Of a stretch of DNA of 64,000 bases, positions 30,506 through 40,068 are shown in pieces. The translations under genes were made by a program, and so were the position numbers. Location of the stretch: assembly GCA_965222115.1 (NCBI GenBank), contig CBDCTJ010000003.1, positions 32,001 through 96,000 on the forward strand, in the 5' to 3' direction. Origin of the DNA: Planctomycetota bacterium (GTDB lineage: Bacteria; Planctomycetota; PLA2; JAEUHO01). Below the pieces are notes generated by a model. It worked only from the letters and a program-made list of their open reading frames with translations. It made no database searches and was not told the DNA's origin. Position 1 is the stretch's first letter. Every line of letters starts with the position of its first letter.

Positions 30506-31939
30506 CTACTTCGAAATGGCCTTGCGGATGGCGTTTCCTGCACCACCACGAGCCATTGCCGTGGCATAGGCCGATTCATATTGGGCCAATGTCATCACTT
30601 CCGTAGTTCCTGGAAGTGGCGATGCGTAGGCGGCACCATTGGCCACCACCGTGACCTTGCGCGCCGGAACACAGACGATGTCGGCCACGCGCTTGGTACC
30701 CGGGCAAATGGGCGTCTTGATGGTGCGGTACCCAACGATCTTCTTGGTCTCTTTGTAGCCCGCCAGATAGCGCTTCATTTCCCAACCGCACTGAATCTTC
30801 TTCGCGCGTTCGCCCGCTCGCACCTTGATCGTTTTGGTGCCGTTGTAGACCTGCTTCGTTTCGCAGTCTTCACACTCACTCACTACGGTCTCGCCGGCAG
30901 GGCGGTGGGTGACCGTATGGGTGAACAGCTTCTTTTCCGTTCGGTAGCCCGCGTGCTTACGCACAGGTGCGTACCCTACGAATATGCGTTCCTTCTTATT
31001 GCCCACCAGGACGCGCTTGGTCTCCCATCCATCGTCCACCTCTTTGGTTTCCATGTGGATGAATTTTTGTGTCTTCCAGCCGCAGGGCACCTTGCGTGAC
31101 TTCGCGCCGACCTGGAGCTCACGACCGGTGTATCCCGCGATAAATGGAACGCGCTTCGTCCCCACGCATACCTTCTTATTGACCCACCCGGCGGGCATCT
31201 TCTTTTCGCATTCGCATATCTTGACGGTTTTACGATCTACGCACTCTTCGCAGGTCCCGCACCCGCCAAAGTACTTCTCGCGGATCTCCTGTGTACCCAA
31301 TACGGGCTCTTTACAGGTCTTACAGACCGGCACACGGATGTAATCGTAAATGGGTTCGTCGCGATAATCGTAGTGCGGGGTTTTCTGATTCTCATACTGA
31401 GGAATCTGGACGGTCTTGTAAATACGTACACGCCGCGTGCGAGTGACAGGAACCTGAATAGTCTTCTTCTTGGGTACGAGTTTTTCCTCGTACACCGGAC
31501 GATCCACCCAACGGTACTGGGGTACATTGACGATCTTGGTCTGGGGCACCTGCTCATCGATGTAGTGTGCTTCGGTGCGCTTGGCCATAAGCGGCTTGAT
31601 CACGCGCTTGGTCTTGGGACGCGTAACAGTCTTCCAATCGGGGACATAGCGCTCTTCAAAGATCGGAATGATCTTGGTCTCGTACTTGGGCACCCGCTTG
31701 GTCTTGTAGACGGGCGTCTTGATGGTCTTGTAGATGGGCTCTTTGCGAACGTGGTTGTCGCAGGGCGTTTGCTCAGTGCGGTAGACCGTGCGCATATGCT
31801 TGGGGATCACTTTGACGCAGCACTTGCGTTGGCCCGTGACCAGCGACACATCGGCCGAGGCGGTCAACGCCGACGTTGTGATCAAAAATGCCGACACACC
31901 GAGTGCCAGGACCCGCGCCGAAATGGGGCTCGAGTTCAT
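30506..31939 (-). CDS. Secreted basic periodic beta-rich protein B, paralogue of A
   Basis: SD AGGAGG, signal peptide ending ASA, 19 octamers, Cys-rich turn, about 19 mostly Gly-ending nonamers. Shares the PLPxTTEVMT C-terminal motif with A. Confidence 0.85.
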   Translation of the reverse strand: MNSSPISARVLALGVSAFLITTSALTASADVSLVTGQRKCCVKVIPKHMRTVYRTEQTPCDNHVRKEPIYKTIKTPVYKTKRVPKYETKIIPIFEERYVPDWKTVTRPKTKRVIKPLMAKRTEAHYIDEQVPQTKIVNVPQYRWVDRPVYEEKLVPKKKTIQVPVTRTRRVRIYKTVQIPQYENQKTPHYDYRDEPIYDYIRVPVCKTCKEPVLGTQEIREKYFGGCGTCEECVDRKTVKICECEKKMPAGWVNKKVCVGTKRVPFIAGYTGRELQVGAKSRKVPCGWKTQKFIHMETKEVDDGWETKRVLVGNKKERIFVGYAPVRKHAGYRTEKKLFTHTVTHRPAGETVVSECEDCETKQVYNGTKTIKVRAGERAKKIQCGWEMKRYLAGYKETKKIVGYRTIKTPICPGTKRVADIVCVPARKVTVVANGAAYASPLPGTTEVMTLAQYESAYATAMARGGAGNAIRKAISK

Positions 31940-32120
31940 CTTGTCCTCCTGGGCAAAGCGGGCATCACGCCTTGGTGGCTAAGGCGGACCGCACCTCCCT
32001 GCTGCATGGGCGCGTCCTTGGACAGCGCCGCGCGCGGCAAGGTATCACATCCGGCCTGAAGTTGCTCGGAGTGGAAGCGGAGAAGCATACAAAATCGAAA
32101 CAAGACGCGCATTGCCGGGC

Positions 32121-32918
32121 TCAGCGACTTGCAAGGATGCGTCGGGCGATGGCGGCTGCCCAGGTCCTGGGCACAAAGCGCTGCGTGAAGACGAGCAGCT
32201 TGTTGGTAAGGCCGGGCACCACCTCCATGCGCCCACGCATGAGGGCCTTCACACCTACACGGGCCACGCGATCGGCGGGCATCCGCATATTGAGTAGACC
32301 GGAAAGGTTGCGATATCCGGCCGCATCAAAAAACTCGGTGTCGGTCACGCCGGGGCAGAGCGCCGTCATAGCGACGTCCGTGTGTTTGAGTTCTTGATGG
32401 ACCGAGTTGCTCCAGCCAAGAAGGAACGCTTTGGTGCCACCGTAACCGCTCTGGTATGGCGCCGCTTGAAACCCCGCAACGCTTGAGACATTTAAGATGC
32501 CTCCGCGATTGCGTTCGAGCATGCCCGGCAAGAGATTGCGTGCAAGCACGACGGACGCCGTCACATTGAGATCGATCATCTTGAGCGTGCGCTTAAGGTT
32601 GGCGCGATCGAAGCGACCGGGTACCGAGAATCCCGCATTGTTGATGAGCACGTCAATGTCGCCCAGCGACTCGTGCGCTTTCAAGAGTACGTGCTCGGCG
32701 CCCTGCGGAACCGAGAGATCTGCTTCAATGGCATGCGCTGTCTTGGCACCTCGTTCCAAGAGGATGGGCAACAGGGCTTGCAATCGATCGCCCCGACGCG
32801 CGGTGACGCAAATGCGTGCATGGCGATCGGCAAGCAGCAGCGCGATCTCGCGTCCGATACCGGAACTCGCACCAGTAACAAGGCAGCCGAGGTCGTCAAA
32901 ACTCTTGATGCGTCCCAT
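32121..32918 (-). CDS. Short-chain dehydrogenase/reductase
   Basis: TGASSGIG, NNAG, NVSS and YGGTK. Confidence 0.93.
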   Translation of the reverse strand: MGRIKSFDDLGCLVTGASSGIGREIALLLADRHARICVTARRGDRLQALLPILLERGAKTAHAIEADLSVPQGAEHVLLKAHESLGDIDVLINNAGFSVPGRFDRANLKRTLKMIDLNVTASVVLARNLLPGMLERNRGGILNVSSVAGFQAAPYQSGYGGTKAFLLGWSNSVHQELKHTDVAMTALCPGVTDTEFFDAAGYRNLSGLLNMRMPADRVARVGVKALMRGRMEVVPGLTNKLLVFTQRFVPRTWAAAIARRILASR

Positions 32919-32948
32919 GCAATCGATTCTAGCCCGAAACCTGCGTAC

Positions 32949-35900
32949 TCATTCGACGAGCGATCGCCAATTCGGAGGGTAACGTTGAAGCAACTCGGCG
33001 CGTGCCAATGCTTCGCAGAGTCGCCTTGTTTCGCGCAGCCGCTCGCCGTCGATGTCGATGGGCAACTCCACCGGTTCACGACTCCATGACGGATCAAGCA
33101 GGACCAGCGCAGCGCCAGCGATATCGGTACCGAGAACTCGCTCGGCCATCAGCGCATAGAGTCGCAGTTGCCACCCGTAGTACGCCTCAAGAGAAGCGGG
33201 CGACGGAAAACGATCAGAACGCGTATTGGTCTTGTAGTCGAGCACCCACACGCCGTCCTTACGAGGCAGCCACAAGTCGATAGACCCTTTGACGAGCAGT
33301 GAATCGAACCCGGCCACGGTCTTCTCGGCCCCCGCCACGGTCGGAAAGCGAATGCGCGCATGAAGATCCAATTCGCGTTGCGGCGGTGTGCCGCGTCCCG
33401 CGAGGGCTGTCTCAAGCTCTTGCGCAAGTGGGCACTCGAGAAATCGGTAGAGCAGGGGCGCCACGGCGGCCTTTACCTCGGCGTCGGCATAGGGCTCCAA
33501 CGCCACCGCACAGTCCAAGGCCCGCGCGGCATCTTTGGCGAAGGGCGGGCGAACAAACTCAAGGGCGGCGTGCAGCGTGCGGCCAATGGCGTCACGCGGA
33601 ATGGACGTGCCCGATTTACTGGCGACGTCGGTCGCGAAGCGTTCGTCGAGTGCGCGCCCGGCGTGTTGTTCGTTCACGAACCCAGTTGCAGGCAGCGCAT
33701 ACCGGTCGGGCGAGTCGTCGGTCGCGTTAAGCAACGTCGACTGTGAATTGGCGCCCAATACACAGTGGCGGTAATACTCAGAGGGGCTCTTCGCAAACGT
33801 AAGCAGTTCGGACACGCTCACAACGTAGCGCGTGCGTCTCAGGGGCGCGACGTGTCCCTCGATGCGCCGCATGTGCTCGTCGGCCTCGCGAGCAGCTTCC
33901 TTTTTCAACGCAACGGGAATCGCGGGTGGCCACGACGCGGATTCGGTGGCACGCGATGCACCGCTGTCGGCGGGTTCCAGTTCGGTTACAGACACCCGCA
34001 TCGTGCCCGCGCCGAGCCGAACGTCGTATTCATCTCCCGGCGGTGGTTCGCCCGCTAGCGCGTCGAGCATCAAGCCCCATGGACCGGATCGAGCGGGCGC
34101 GCCTTTTTGCGTTCGGTGGGAAAATTGTCCGCTCAGATACAAGCGCTCCTCAGCGCGAGTGGTGGCGACATAGAAGAGTCGCATCAACTCCTGTTGTTCA
34201 GCCTCGGATCGCTTGTTCGCCAAGACACGGGTTCCGCTCGGCATGCGTTTCACGCCCTCGATGGGGTCTGATAGTGCGACGCCCAAGCCACCCGTAGGCG
34301 TGAGCAACACCGATGGTGAACGGGCCGACGTCATGCGCGTCACATCGGCGATGAACACAACCGGATACTCAAGACCCTTGGCTGCGTGAATCGTGCTCAG
34401 ACGGACTACGTCTTGTCCTTCTCCACCAATCGGCGCATCGTGTTCGGTTTCTCCCTGCGCGCGAAGGTTGGCGACGCGCTTCAAGAACTCGGGCACACTG
34501 TGATGCCCCTGCTCATCCATTGCGGCTGCGAGCGCAACGGCCTTATGTAAGTTCGCGCTGCGACGCGCCCCGCGAATCAAGGTCAAGCTAACAGTGTGCA
34601 AGTCGAGTGCATCGATAACCGCTTCCAGGCACGCCGCGAGTGACAACGTGTGTGCGCGTGCCTGAACGCGGGCAAAGGCATGCCAACGAGCCGCGATGGA
34701 TGCATCGAGCGAGGCATCGGCCAAAATTCGTTCCCAAGCCGCACCGTGTCCATCACCAAACCAGCGGTTGACCGCCTCATCATCGGCCGCCAAGGACGGA
34801 CTCGTTGCGAGCGCGGCAAGTGCAAAGCGATCGGCTGGGTTATGAACCACACGAAGCGCGTAGATCAAATCGCCAATCTCGTCGGCAAGGTAATACCCTC
34901 GACTCGACTGGGTCAGATAGGGAATGGCGCGCTGCGTTAGCGCATCTTCAATGGAACGCAGAGACGCGCGGGCACGTACGAGGATGGCAATGTCGCGGTA
35001 TTCAATACCACGCGGTGCATCAGTTCCTTTCGTTAGCTGATCCGTTCCCGATACCAACTTATGGATGTGCCCCGCGATCCAGTTGGCTTCGGCCTTACGG
35101 CGACGATCGGTTTCGGCCTGCTCCCCTCCTACAACGAAGTGAAGTTCGCAAACGGGTGATTGATCGTCCGCCTCACGCGTTGGCGTGGCAAACGTGCCGG
35201 CAGCGTTCAGCGCTTGGAACGAAACGCCCGCGGTGTTGGGGGTCATGAGCGCCTGTCCAAGACCATTGAGCGTATCGAGGAGCTCGGGCGATGTGCGATA
35301 ACTGTTGTCGAGCACGTGCCGCGCGGCCTCGTCTACATACTCCCACTCGTCCAAAAGCACACGTACATCCGCTTTGCGAAACCCGTAAATGCTCTGCTTG
35401 GGATCCCCCACCGAAAACATGGCGGCACCGCGTCGCAGAAATCCCAACAACGTTGCCTGCAGGCGACTCGTGTCCTGGTATTCGTCCACCATCACAACTT
35501 TGGGTGCACCGCGCAACGGGTGTCCACGTTTTGCCAATCTGCTGAGCAATGCGAGCGAGCGCACCTCTAAATCTGTGAAATCAAGTGCGCCGCGCGTTCG
35601 CTTGAGTGCCTCATAGGCGTCATAGGCGTGAGTTGTGATGCGTTTGAGGGGCTCAAACAGATGGCTCTTTCCCCAATCACTCCACAGCGCGTCTTCGATC
35701 TGACCGAGCAATCGAGCGAGTTGCTCCTTATGAGGCTTCCAGAATTTCCCCGCGCTACCGACCTGCCCCGGCCACTTGGTGCAGTCGGAGCGGCTGAATG
35801 CCGTCGGAGACAGTTCGTTGCGCGCCAACTGCTTGATGAGCGTGCTCAGTTGGTTGCGGCAGGCGGGCCATTTGGCGCCCTGCGTCTTGGTGAACTGACT

Positions 35901-36581
35901 CCCTCCCAACTCAATGTCATTCACTGCAACAAGCAATTCTTCAAGCAGCGATGTGGCGTCGCGCTCGGGTTCGATCCAGTTCAGCTCGTCGGGATGCAAT
36001 CCATCATTTCGCAATGCACGAATCACGGCCGTGACGGCGGCCTTGGCGCCAAGTTGTAGGCCGTTTAGCGCCAGCAAGTCGTTGGGTGCGTTCGCCCGAA
36101 ACACCCCTAGCGCTTGATCCACCGCCTCGTCCAACAACACGCCGGCTTCGGCACTGTCGAGTACAACGAAGAGAGGATCCACACCGGCGACAAGGGCCTC
36201 TCGCCGTACAAGACGGGCGCAGTAGCTATGTATGGTTGCGATGGGTGCAAACTCGACTTGAGCGCGCGCTTCACGGAGCCATTCTCGTTCCTCTCCCTCC
36301 GCGTCGCGCAAGGCGGATTGAATCGCACCCGCCACCCGGGTTCGCATTTCACCAGCGGCTTTCTCGGTAAATGTGAGGGCGGCAATTTCGTGTGGCGAAA
36401 ATTTGTGGTCGCGAATCAAGTGGACATAACGCGACGTGAGAACGCGCGTCTTTCCCGAACCAGCGCCGGCCATGACACACGTATCCACGGGCGGCGCCAA
36501 CGCCGCTCTACGTTGCGAAGGAGAGAGCGCTTCAAAGCCCCGCGAGTCGCCACCGTCTTTCATAGCCGCATCACCGTTCAC
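32949..36581 (-). CDS. addA: AddA-like UvrD helicase with C-terminal PD-(D/E)xK nuclease
   Basis: AGAGSGKT, TFTEKAA, VDEYQD, VGDPKQSIYGFR, TIHAAKGLEY, YVATTRA and GSIDL..DYKT. Confidence 0.85.
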   Translation of the reverse strand: MNGDAAMKDGGDSRGFEALSPSQRRAALAPPVDTCVMAGAGSGKTRVLTSRYVHLIRDHKFSPHEIAALTFTEKAAGEMRTRVAGAIQSALRDAEGEEREWLREARAQVEFAPIATIHSYCARLVRREALVAGVDPLFVVLDSAEAGVLLDEAVDQALGVFRANAPNDLLALNGLQLGAKAAVTAVIRALRNDGLHPDELNWIEPERDATSLLEELLVAVNDIELGGSQFTKTQGAKWPACRNQLSTLIKQLARNELSPTAFSRSDCTKWPGQVGSAGKFWKPHKEQLARLLGQIEDALWSDWGKSHLFEPLKRITTHAYDAYEALKRTRGALDFTDLEVRSLALLSRLAKRGHPLRGAPKVVMVDEYQDTSRLQATLLGFLRRGAAMFSVGDPKQSIYGFRKADVRVLLDEWEYVDEAARHVLDNSYRTSPELLDTLNGLGQALMTPNTAGVSFQALNAAGTFATPTREADDQSPVCELHFVVGGEQAETDRRRKAEANWIAGHIHKLVSGTDQLTKGTDAPRGIEYRDIAILVRARASLRSIEDALTQRAIPYLTQSSRGYYLADEIGDLIYALRVVHNPADRFALAALATSPSLAADDEAVNRWFGDGHGAAWERILADASLDASIAARWHAFARVQARAHTLSLAACLEAVIDALDLHTVSLTLIRGARRSANLHKAVALAAAMDEQGHHSVPEFLKRVANLRAQGETEHDAPIGGEGQDVVRLSTIHAAKGLEYPVVFIADVTRMTSARSPSVLLTPTGGLGVALSDPIEGVKRMPSGTRVLANKRSEAEQQELMRLFYVATTRAEERLYLSGQFSHRTQKGAPARSGPWGLMLDALAGEPPPGDEYDVRLGAGTMRVSVTELEPADSGASRATESASWPPAIPVALKKEAAREADEHMRRIEGHVAPLRRTRYVVSVSELLTFAKSPSEYYRHCVLGANSQSTLLNATDDSPDRYALPATGFVNEQHAGRALDERFATDVASKSGTSIPRDAIGRTLHAALEFVRPPFAKDAARALDCAVALEPYADAEVKAAVAPLLYRFLECPLAQELETALAGRGTPPQRELDLHARIRFPTVAGAEKTVAGFDSLLVKGSIDLWLPRKDGVWVLDYKTNTRSDRFPSPASLEAYYGWQLRLYALMAERVLGTDIAGAALVLLDPSWSREPVELPIDIDGERLRETRRLCEALARAELLQRYPPNWRSLVE

Positions 36582-39500
36582 GATGCGCCCTCATCGGTTG
36601 GGGACTCGCGAACCCGGTCGGGCTCGGCAAATCGGCAGATGGGCACATAGGCGCAAGTGGCACACGTGTCTTTTCGAATGGGGTTTTTCGTGTGCTTACC
36701 CGCTTGAATGGCTGTGATCAGATTGTTGGCGCGTGTCTTTGCGCTGCTTAGCACCTCGCGAAACGCGTTTCGATCGCGAACCTCTGGCTTGGTGCCTTCG
36801 CGTCGAACGTCGGCCTCGGATGCAATCGTGTCCGCGGCAATGATCCTACGCTTGCGCTCGCGTAGGGCCACCCACTCCATGCCAACAACGTTTACCGCGT
36901 CGAGTGATTCCAGAGCGAGCGCATACAGGGGAAGCTGCAAGTCTTGCGTAGCAAGTGTGCGCTTGAATGCAACGTCACATGTGGTGGCCCCGGATTTGTA
37001 GTCCACGACAATGACGTCATTGCCATGTCGATCGATGCGATCGATCTGACCACGTAGCGAAACGGCACCCATCGTGGCCGGTTCATCGTAGCCAAACTTG
37101 CGTTCAAGCCCTTTGACGTCGGGCGTGTGTTTCGCAGAGGCGATGCGATCTCTCAACAATAGAACGACGCGCACCAGTTCGCCCTTCAGCAGATGGGCAT
37201 CGACATCGGATACGACATGATCTCTGCTCTTCAGATATGCAAGGACATTATCCGCAATGGATGTGGGGGTTGCACTCGAGTCACGTACCGCGAACTCAGC
37301 CGCCTTGTGCAGTGCGCTGCCGATGCCACGGGCATCGAACGCGGGGGCTTCGAAACTCAATTCATCCTCGGGCAAGCGCAGCACGCGCGCGTACCAAAAC
37401 TGATGAAGGCACGACACGGCTTTTCCAAGCGCCGACGCGGAAAGGGCGTGGGTCGCGTTTACAAAGGAACGCAACGCTTCGCTACCTGGTTCGCTCGCGA
37501 ACAGGGGGGTAGCAACGGGTCGCGATGGATCTCGAAGTCCCTGCGCGCCAAGCATCGCGTTAAGTGTCTCGGGGGACGACCGTTTAAGTAGGGCCACCGA
37601 ACGCGCGATCAACGCCGATTCATGAGTACCCGTTGACGCGACGCCGCGGGTGGACCCCGCGAGCATGGACGTGGCGTACTGCCGAATGTCATCTTTGGTG
37701 TGGCAGAGATGAAGGGGCGCGGTGCTGTGCTCATCGAGTTCCGGCGATGTAATCACGATGAGCTTCACCAATGCGGTAAGCTGATCGAGAAATAGCGATG
37801 CCGCGCGTGGTGCACCCTTGTCATCAAATCCGGCCCGCGACACCACGAGTGTGTTTTTGGCTCGAGTGACCGCGCCATAAAACAAACGTCGCTCTCGATC
37901 CTGCTTGGCGGCCGTGGTGGGCAGATGGAGCCCGCTTGACGTGGCGGCAAGTGCCAGGCGCTCTTCATCGGACAAAAAGAGATCTTCATTGGGTGAACGA
38001 GGAAACGACCCCGATTCCAGGCCCGCCACAACAACGAAGGGCAACTCCCAAAACCGCGCATCGTCCACGGAGAGAATGCTCACCGCATCGAGTCGTTGGT
38101 CGGTACGCGACACCTCCGACGAAGCAATAGCTTCGTCGACCTGTGCGAACACGGTTTCGCGCGTTAGCAACGCCTCCTCACCCATTCTGACCGCGGTACG
38201 TGCAAGCGATTCAAGAATGGTTGAAAGCCGACGGCTCGCCGCTTGAGCCCAGGCACCGGCAACGTCGGTTTGTACGTCTTCGATTGCCCCTGTTGCGGAT
38301 ACCGCGCCCCCCATCGGCACGGGCACCAGCGAAAGGAGTGCGATGCCGAATGCCTCAAACACAGACGCCGACCCTTCGTTTGACTGACACGCCGCAGCAA
38401 ATTCCTTCAAGTGATCGATGCGCGCGTGAAGGCATGCAGGTGCACGCTTGCGGTAATCCTCAAACGTTGGCGGTGCGCCGCCCTCGCGCTGTTTGAACTC
38501 GTAACCGCGCAATGCCCACATTAGATCGGCTCGTGATGCGGGATCGGTGTCTTCACCGACTTCAGCATCATCGACGTGCCACGATAAGCACCAGTGCAAC
38601 CACGCGTTTAGTGCGTGTGCGTCAAATGTTGGCGCACGCGTGTGTCCACCAAGAACGCTGAGGGGGCCGCGACACGCGCGTATCCAAGGCGATGCCGCGA
38701 GCGGTTCACCGCGACCCACCAATCGAAATGGAACTCCGCGGCGACGTAATGCCCGACCGATAGCGCGAGCGCGTCCATCCAGTTGGCGCAATACGATGCC
38801 CACATCGCGCCATCCACGAATGCCGTGAGACTCTTGCTTGGCGTAAGCACTGCGAAGCACACGTGCAATGCGCTCGGCTTCATCCGCCTCGCCCGCGCCA
38901 ACAATTCCGAACACGTGCCTTGCAGCTTGTGCGATTGGCGCATCGGCGATCGCCGCGTCAACTCCGGTTTCGTGTTCGTCACCAAACAACCGATCGGCGA
39001 TTCGCCGAAGTGGCTCGTGTGGGCTTCGTCGACTCCCGTCTAGCGAAGATTCGTGAAATCCAAAGCCAAGCAGGCGGGCGCGTGTGGCCGCAGAACTACG
39101 AAACAGGTGCGGACGACGTGGATCCCACGGCAAGGTCATGACGACGCGCCCGCCGCCGTTCACTACCAAGTCGCTAAGGCCCTCAAAGATGGTGCATTCA
39201 ACGGGGCTCAGATCGTCAAAGCCATCAACCACAAGCAGCGATGGGACCGAGGCCTGAGTCTGGGCTGCGAGTGACACCGAGAGCTCACGCAACATGTCTT
39301 CGTGATCGCGAAGGCCGGCCCCGTGCAGGCGAGTCTCATAGGCACGGAAGACGTTCATGCAGGACGCAATGCTCTGCGCACGACTTTCATGTAGCGCCGA
39401 TGATGCCTTGACGAACTCGGCCGCAATCTGCTCGAGAGGGAGGCCAGATTGCTTGAGTTCCTTTAGCCACTGCAGCAGGCGTTCGCGCAATCCCGGCAGG

Positions 39501-39880
39501 TCGTCGAGCGATGCGAACAGGGGATCGGCGACGTCGGCAAGGGCCTTGGCCATAAAACGATCACGTTCTTCAAACGTCGGCAGCGTGTGAATACGAAACG
39601 AGGGAAGATAGCGCTCAGCCGCAGCCGTGAAGGTAACGAAGGGCGCATCGAGAATGCCGCGCGCCCCCCAACGCGAAAGCGCCAAACGCTTGGTGTGCAT
39701 GACCTGCGCATAGGTAGGTAGCACAAGCAACGTCTGCGCGCTGAAGTCCACCGCATCGCCGTGGTCGGCTGAGCGCGTCGCAGAAGCACGAATCAACTCA
39801 AGCGCGAGATGGGTCTTTCCGCTTCCCGCGGGGCCGCTGATCAACGTCAGGGGAGTCCGAGCATATTCGGACGCCTTCAT
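36578..39880 (-). CDS. addB: AddB-like helicase/nuclease subunit
   Basis: SD GAGGAG plus ATG 39880. GPAGSGKT, degenerate helicase motifs, RGQIDRID..DYKS. Cys before the nuclease domain plus CxxC..C at the end (Fe-S staple pattern). Overlaps addA by 4 nt. Confidence 0.82.
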   Translation of the reverse strand: MKASEYARTPLTLISGPAGSGKTHLALELIRASATRSADHGDAVDFSAQTLLVLPTYAQVMHTKRLALSRWGARGILDAPFVTFTAAAERYLPSFRIHTLPTFEERDRFMAKALADVADPLFASLDDLPGLRERLLQWLKELKQSGLPLEQIAAEFVKASSALHESRAQSIASCMNVFRAYETRLHGAGLRDHEDMLRELSVSLAAQTQASVPSLLVVDGFDDLSPVECTIFEGLSDLVVNGGGRVVMTLPWDPRRPHLFRSSAATRARLLGFGFHESSLDGSRRSPHEPLRRIADRLFGDEHETGVDAAIADAPIAQAARHVFGIVGAGEADEAERIARVLRSAYAKQESHGIRGWRDVGIVLRQLDGRARAIGRALRRRGVPFRLVGRGEPLAASPWIRACRGPLSVLGGHTRAPTFDAHALNAWLHWCLSWHVDDAEVGEDTDPASRADLMWALRGYEFKQREGGAPPTFEDYRKRAPACLHARIDHLKEFAAACQSNEGSASVFEAFGIALLSLVPVPMGGAVSATGAIEDVQTDVAGAWAQAASRRLSTILESLARTAVRMGEEALLTRETVFAQVDEAIASSEVSRTDQRLDAVSILSVDDARFWELPFVVVAGLESGSFPRSPNEDLFLSDEERLALAATSSGLHLPTTAAKQDRERRLFYGAVTRAKNTLVVSRAGFDDKGAPRAASLFLDQLTALVKLIVITSPELDEHSTAPLHLCHTKDDIRQYATSMLAGSTRGVASTGTHESALIARSVALLKRSSPETLNAMLGAQGLRDPSRPVATPLFASEPGSEALRSFVNATHALSASALGKAVSCLHQFWYARVLRLPEDELSFEAPAFDARGIGSALHKAAEFAVRDSSATPTSIADNVLAYLKSRDHVVSDVDAHLLKGELVRVVLLLRDRIASAKHTPDVKGLERKFGYDEPATMGAVSLRGQIDRIDRHGNDVIVVDYKSGATTCDVAFKRTLATQDLQLPLYALALESLDAVNVVGMEWVALRERKRRIIAADTIASEADVRREGTKPEVRDRNAFREVLSSAKTRANNLITAIQAGKHTKNPIRKDTCATCAYVPICRFAEPDRVRESPTDEGAS

Positions 39881-40068
39881 GGCTCTCCTCGATTCCGATC
39901 GGTCGCGCGGGTCGAATGCGGTCCCATTCGATCCTACAAAAATGGGGCGGAGCATATTGTCATCGGGGACGGACAGCCCTGTGACCAAGGGAACGTGAAA
40001 CCCGGGAACGCTACTTGCTGGGGTCTCGCTCGATCGTTAGGGTGTCTCCCTTCGACCTGGAGCAACCC

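Noticed and set aside
30430-30580. Short alternative-frame peptide ending AHTVVVQYVWWW*, resembling the end of the 16047-16721 ORF (AHILVQYECFT*)
   Set aside because: The match is too short, overlaps gene B and lacks an SD. Probably coincidence.
32949-39880. Helicase-nuclease pair as a novel defence system
   Set aside because: Architecture and gene order match the housekeeping AddAB recombination complex.
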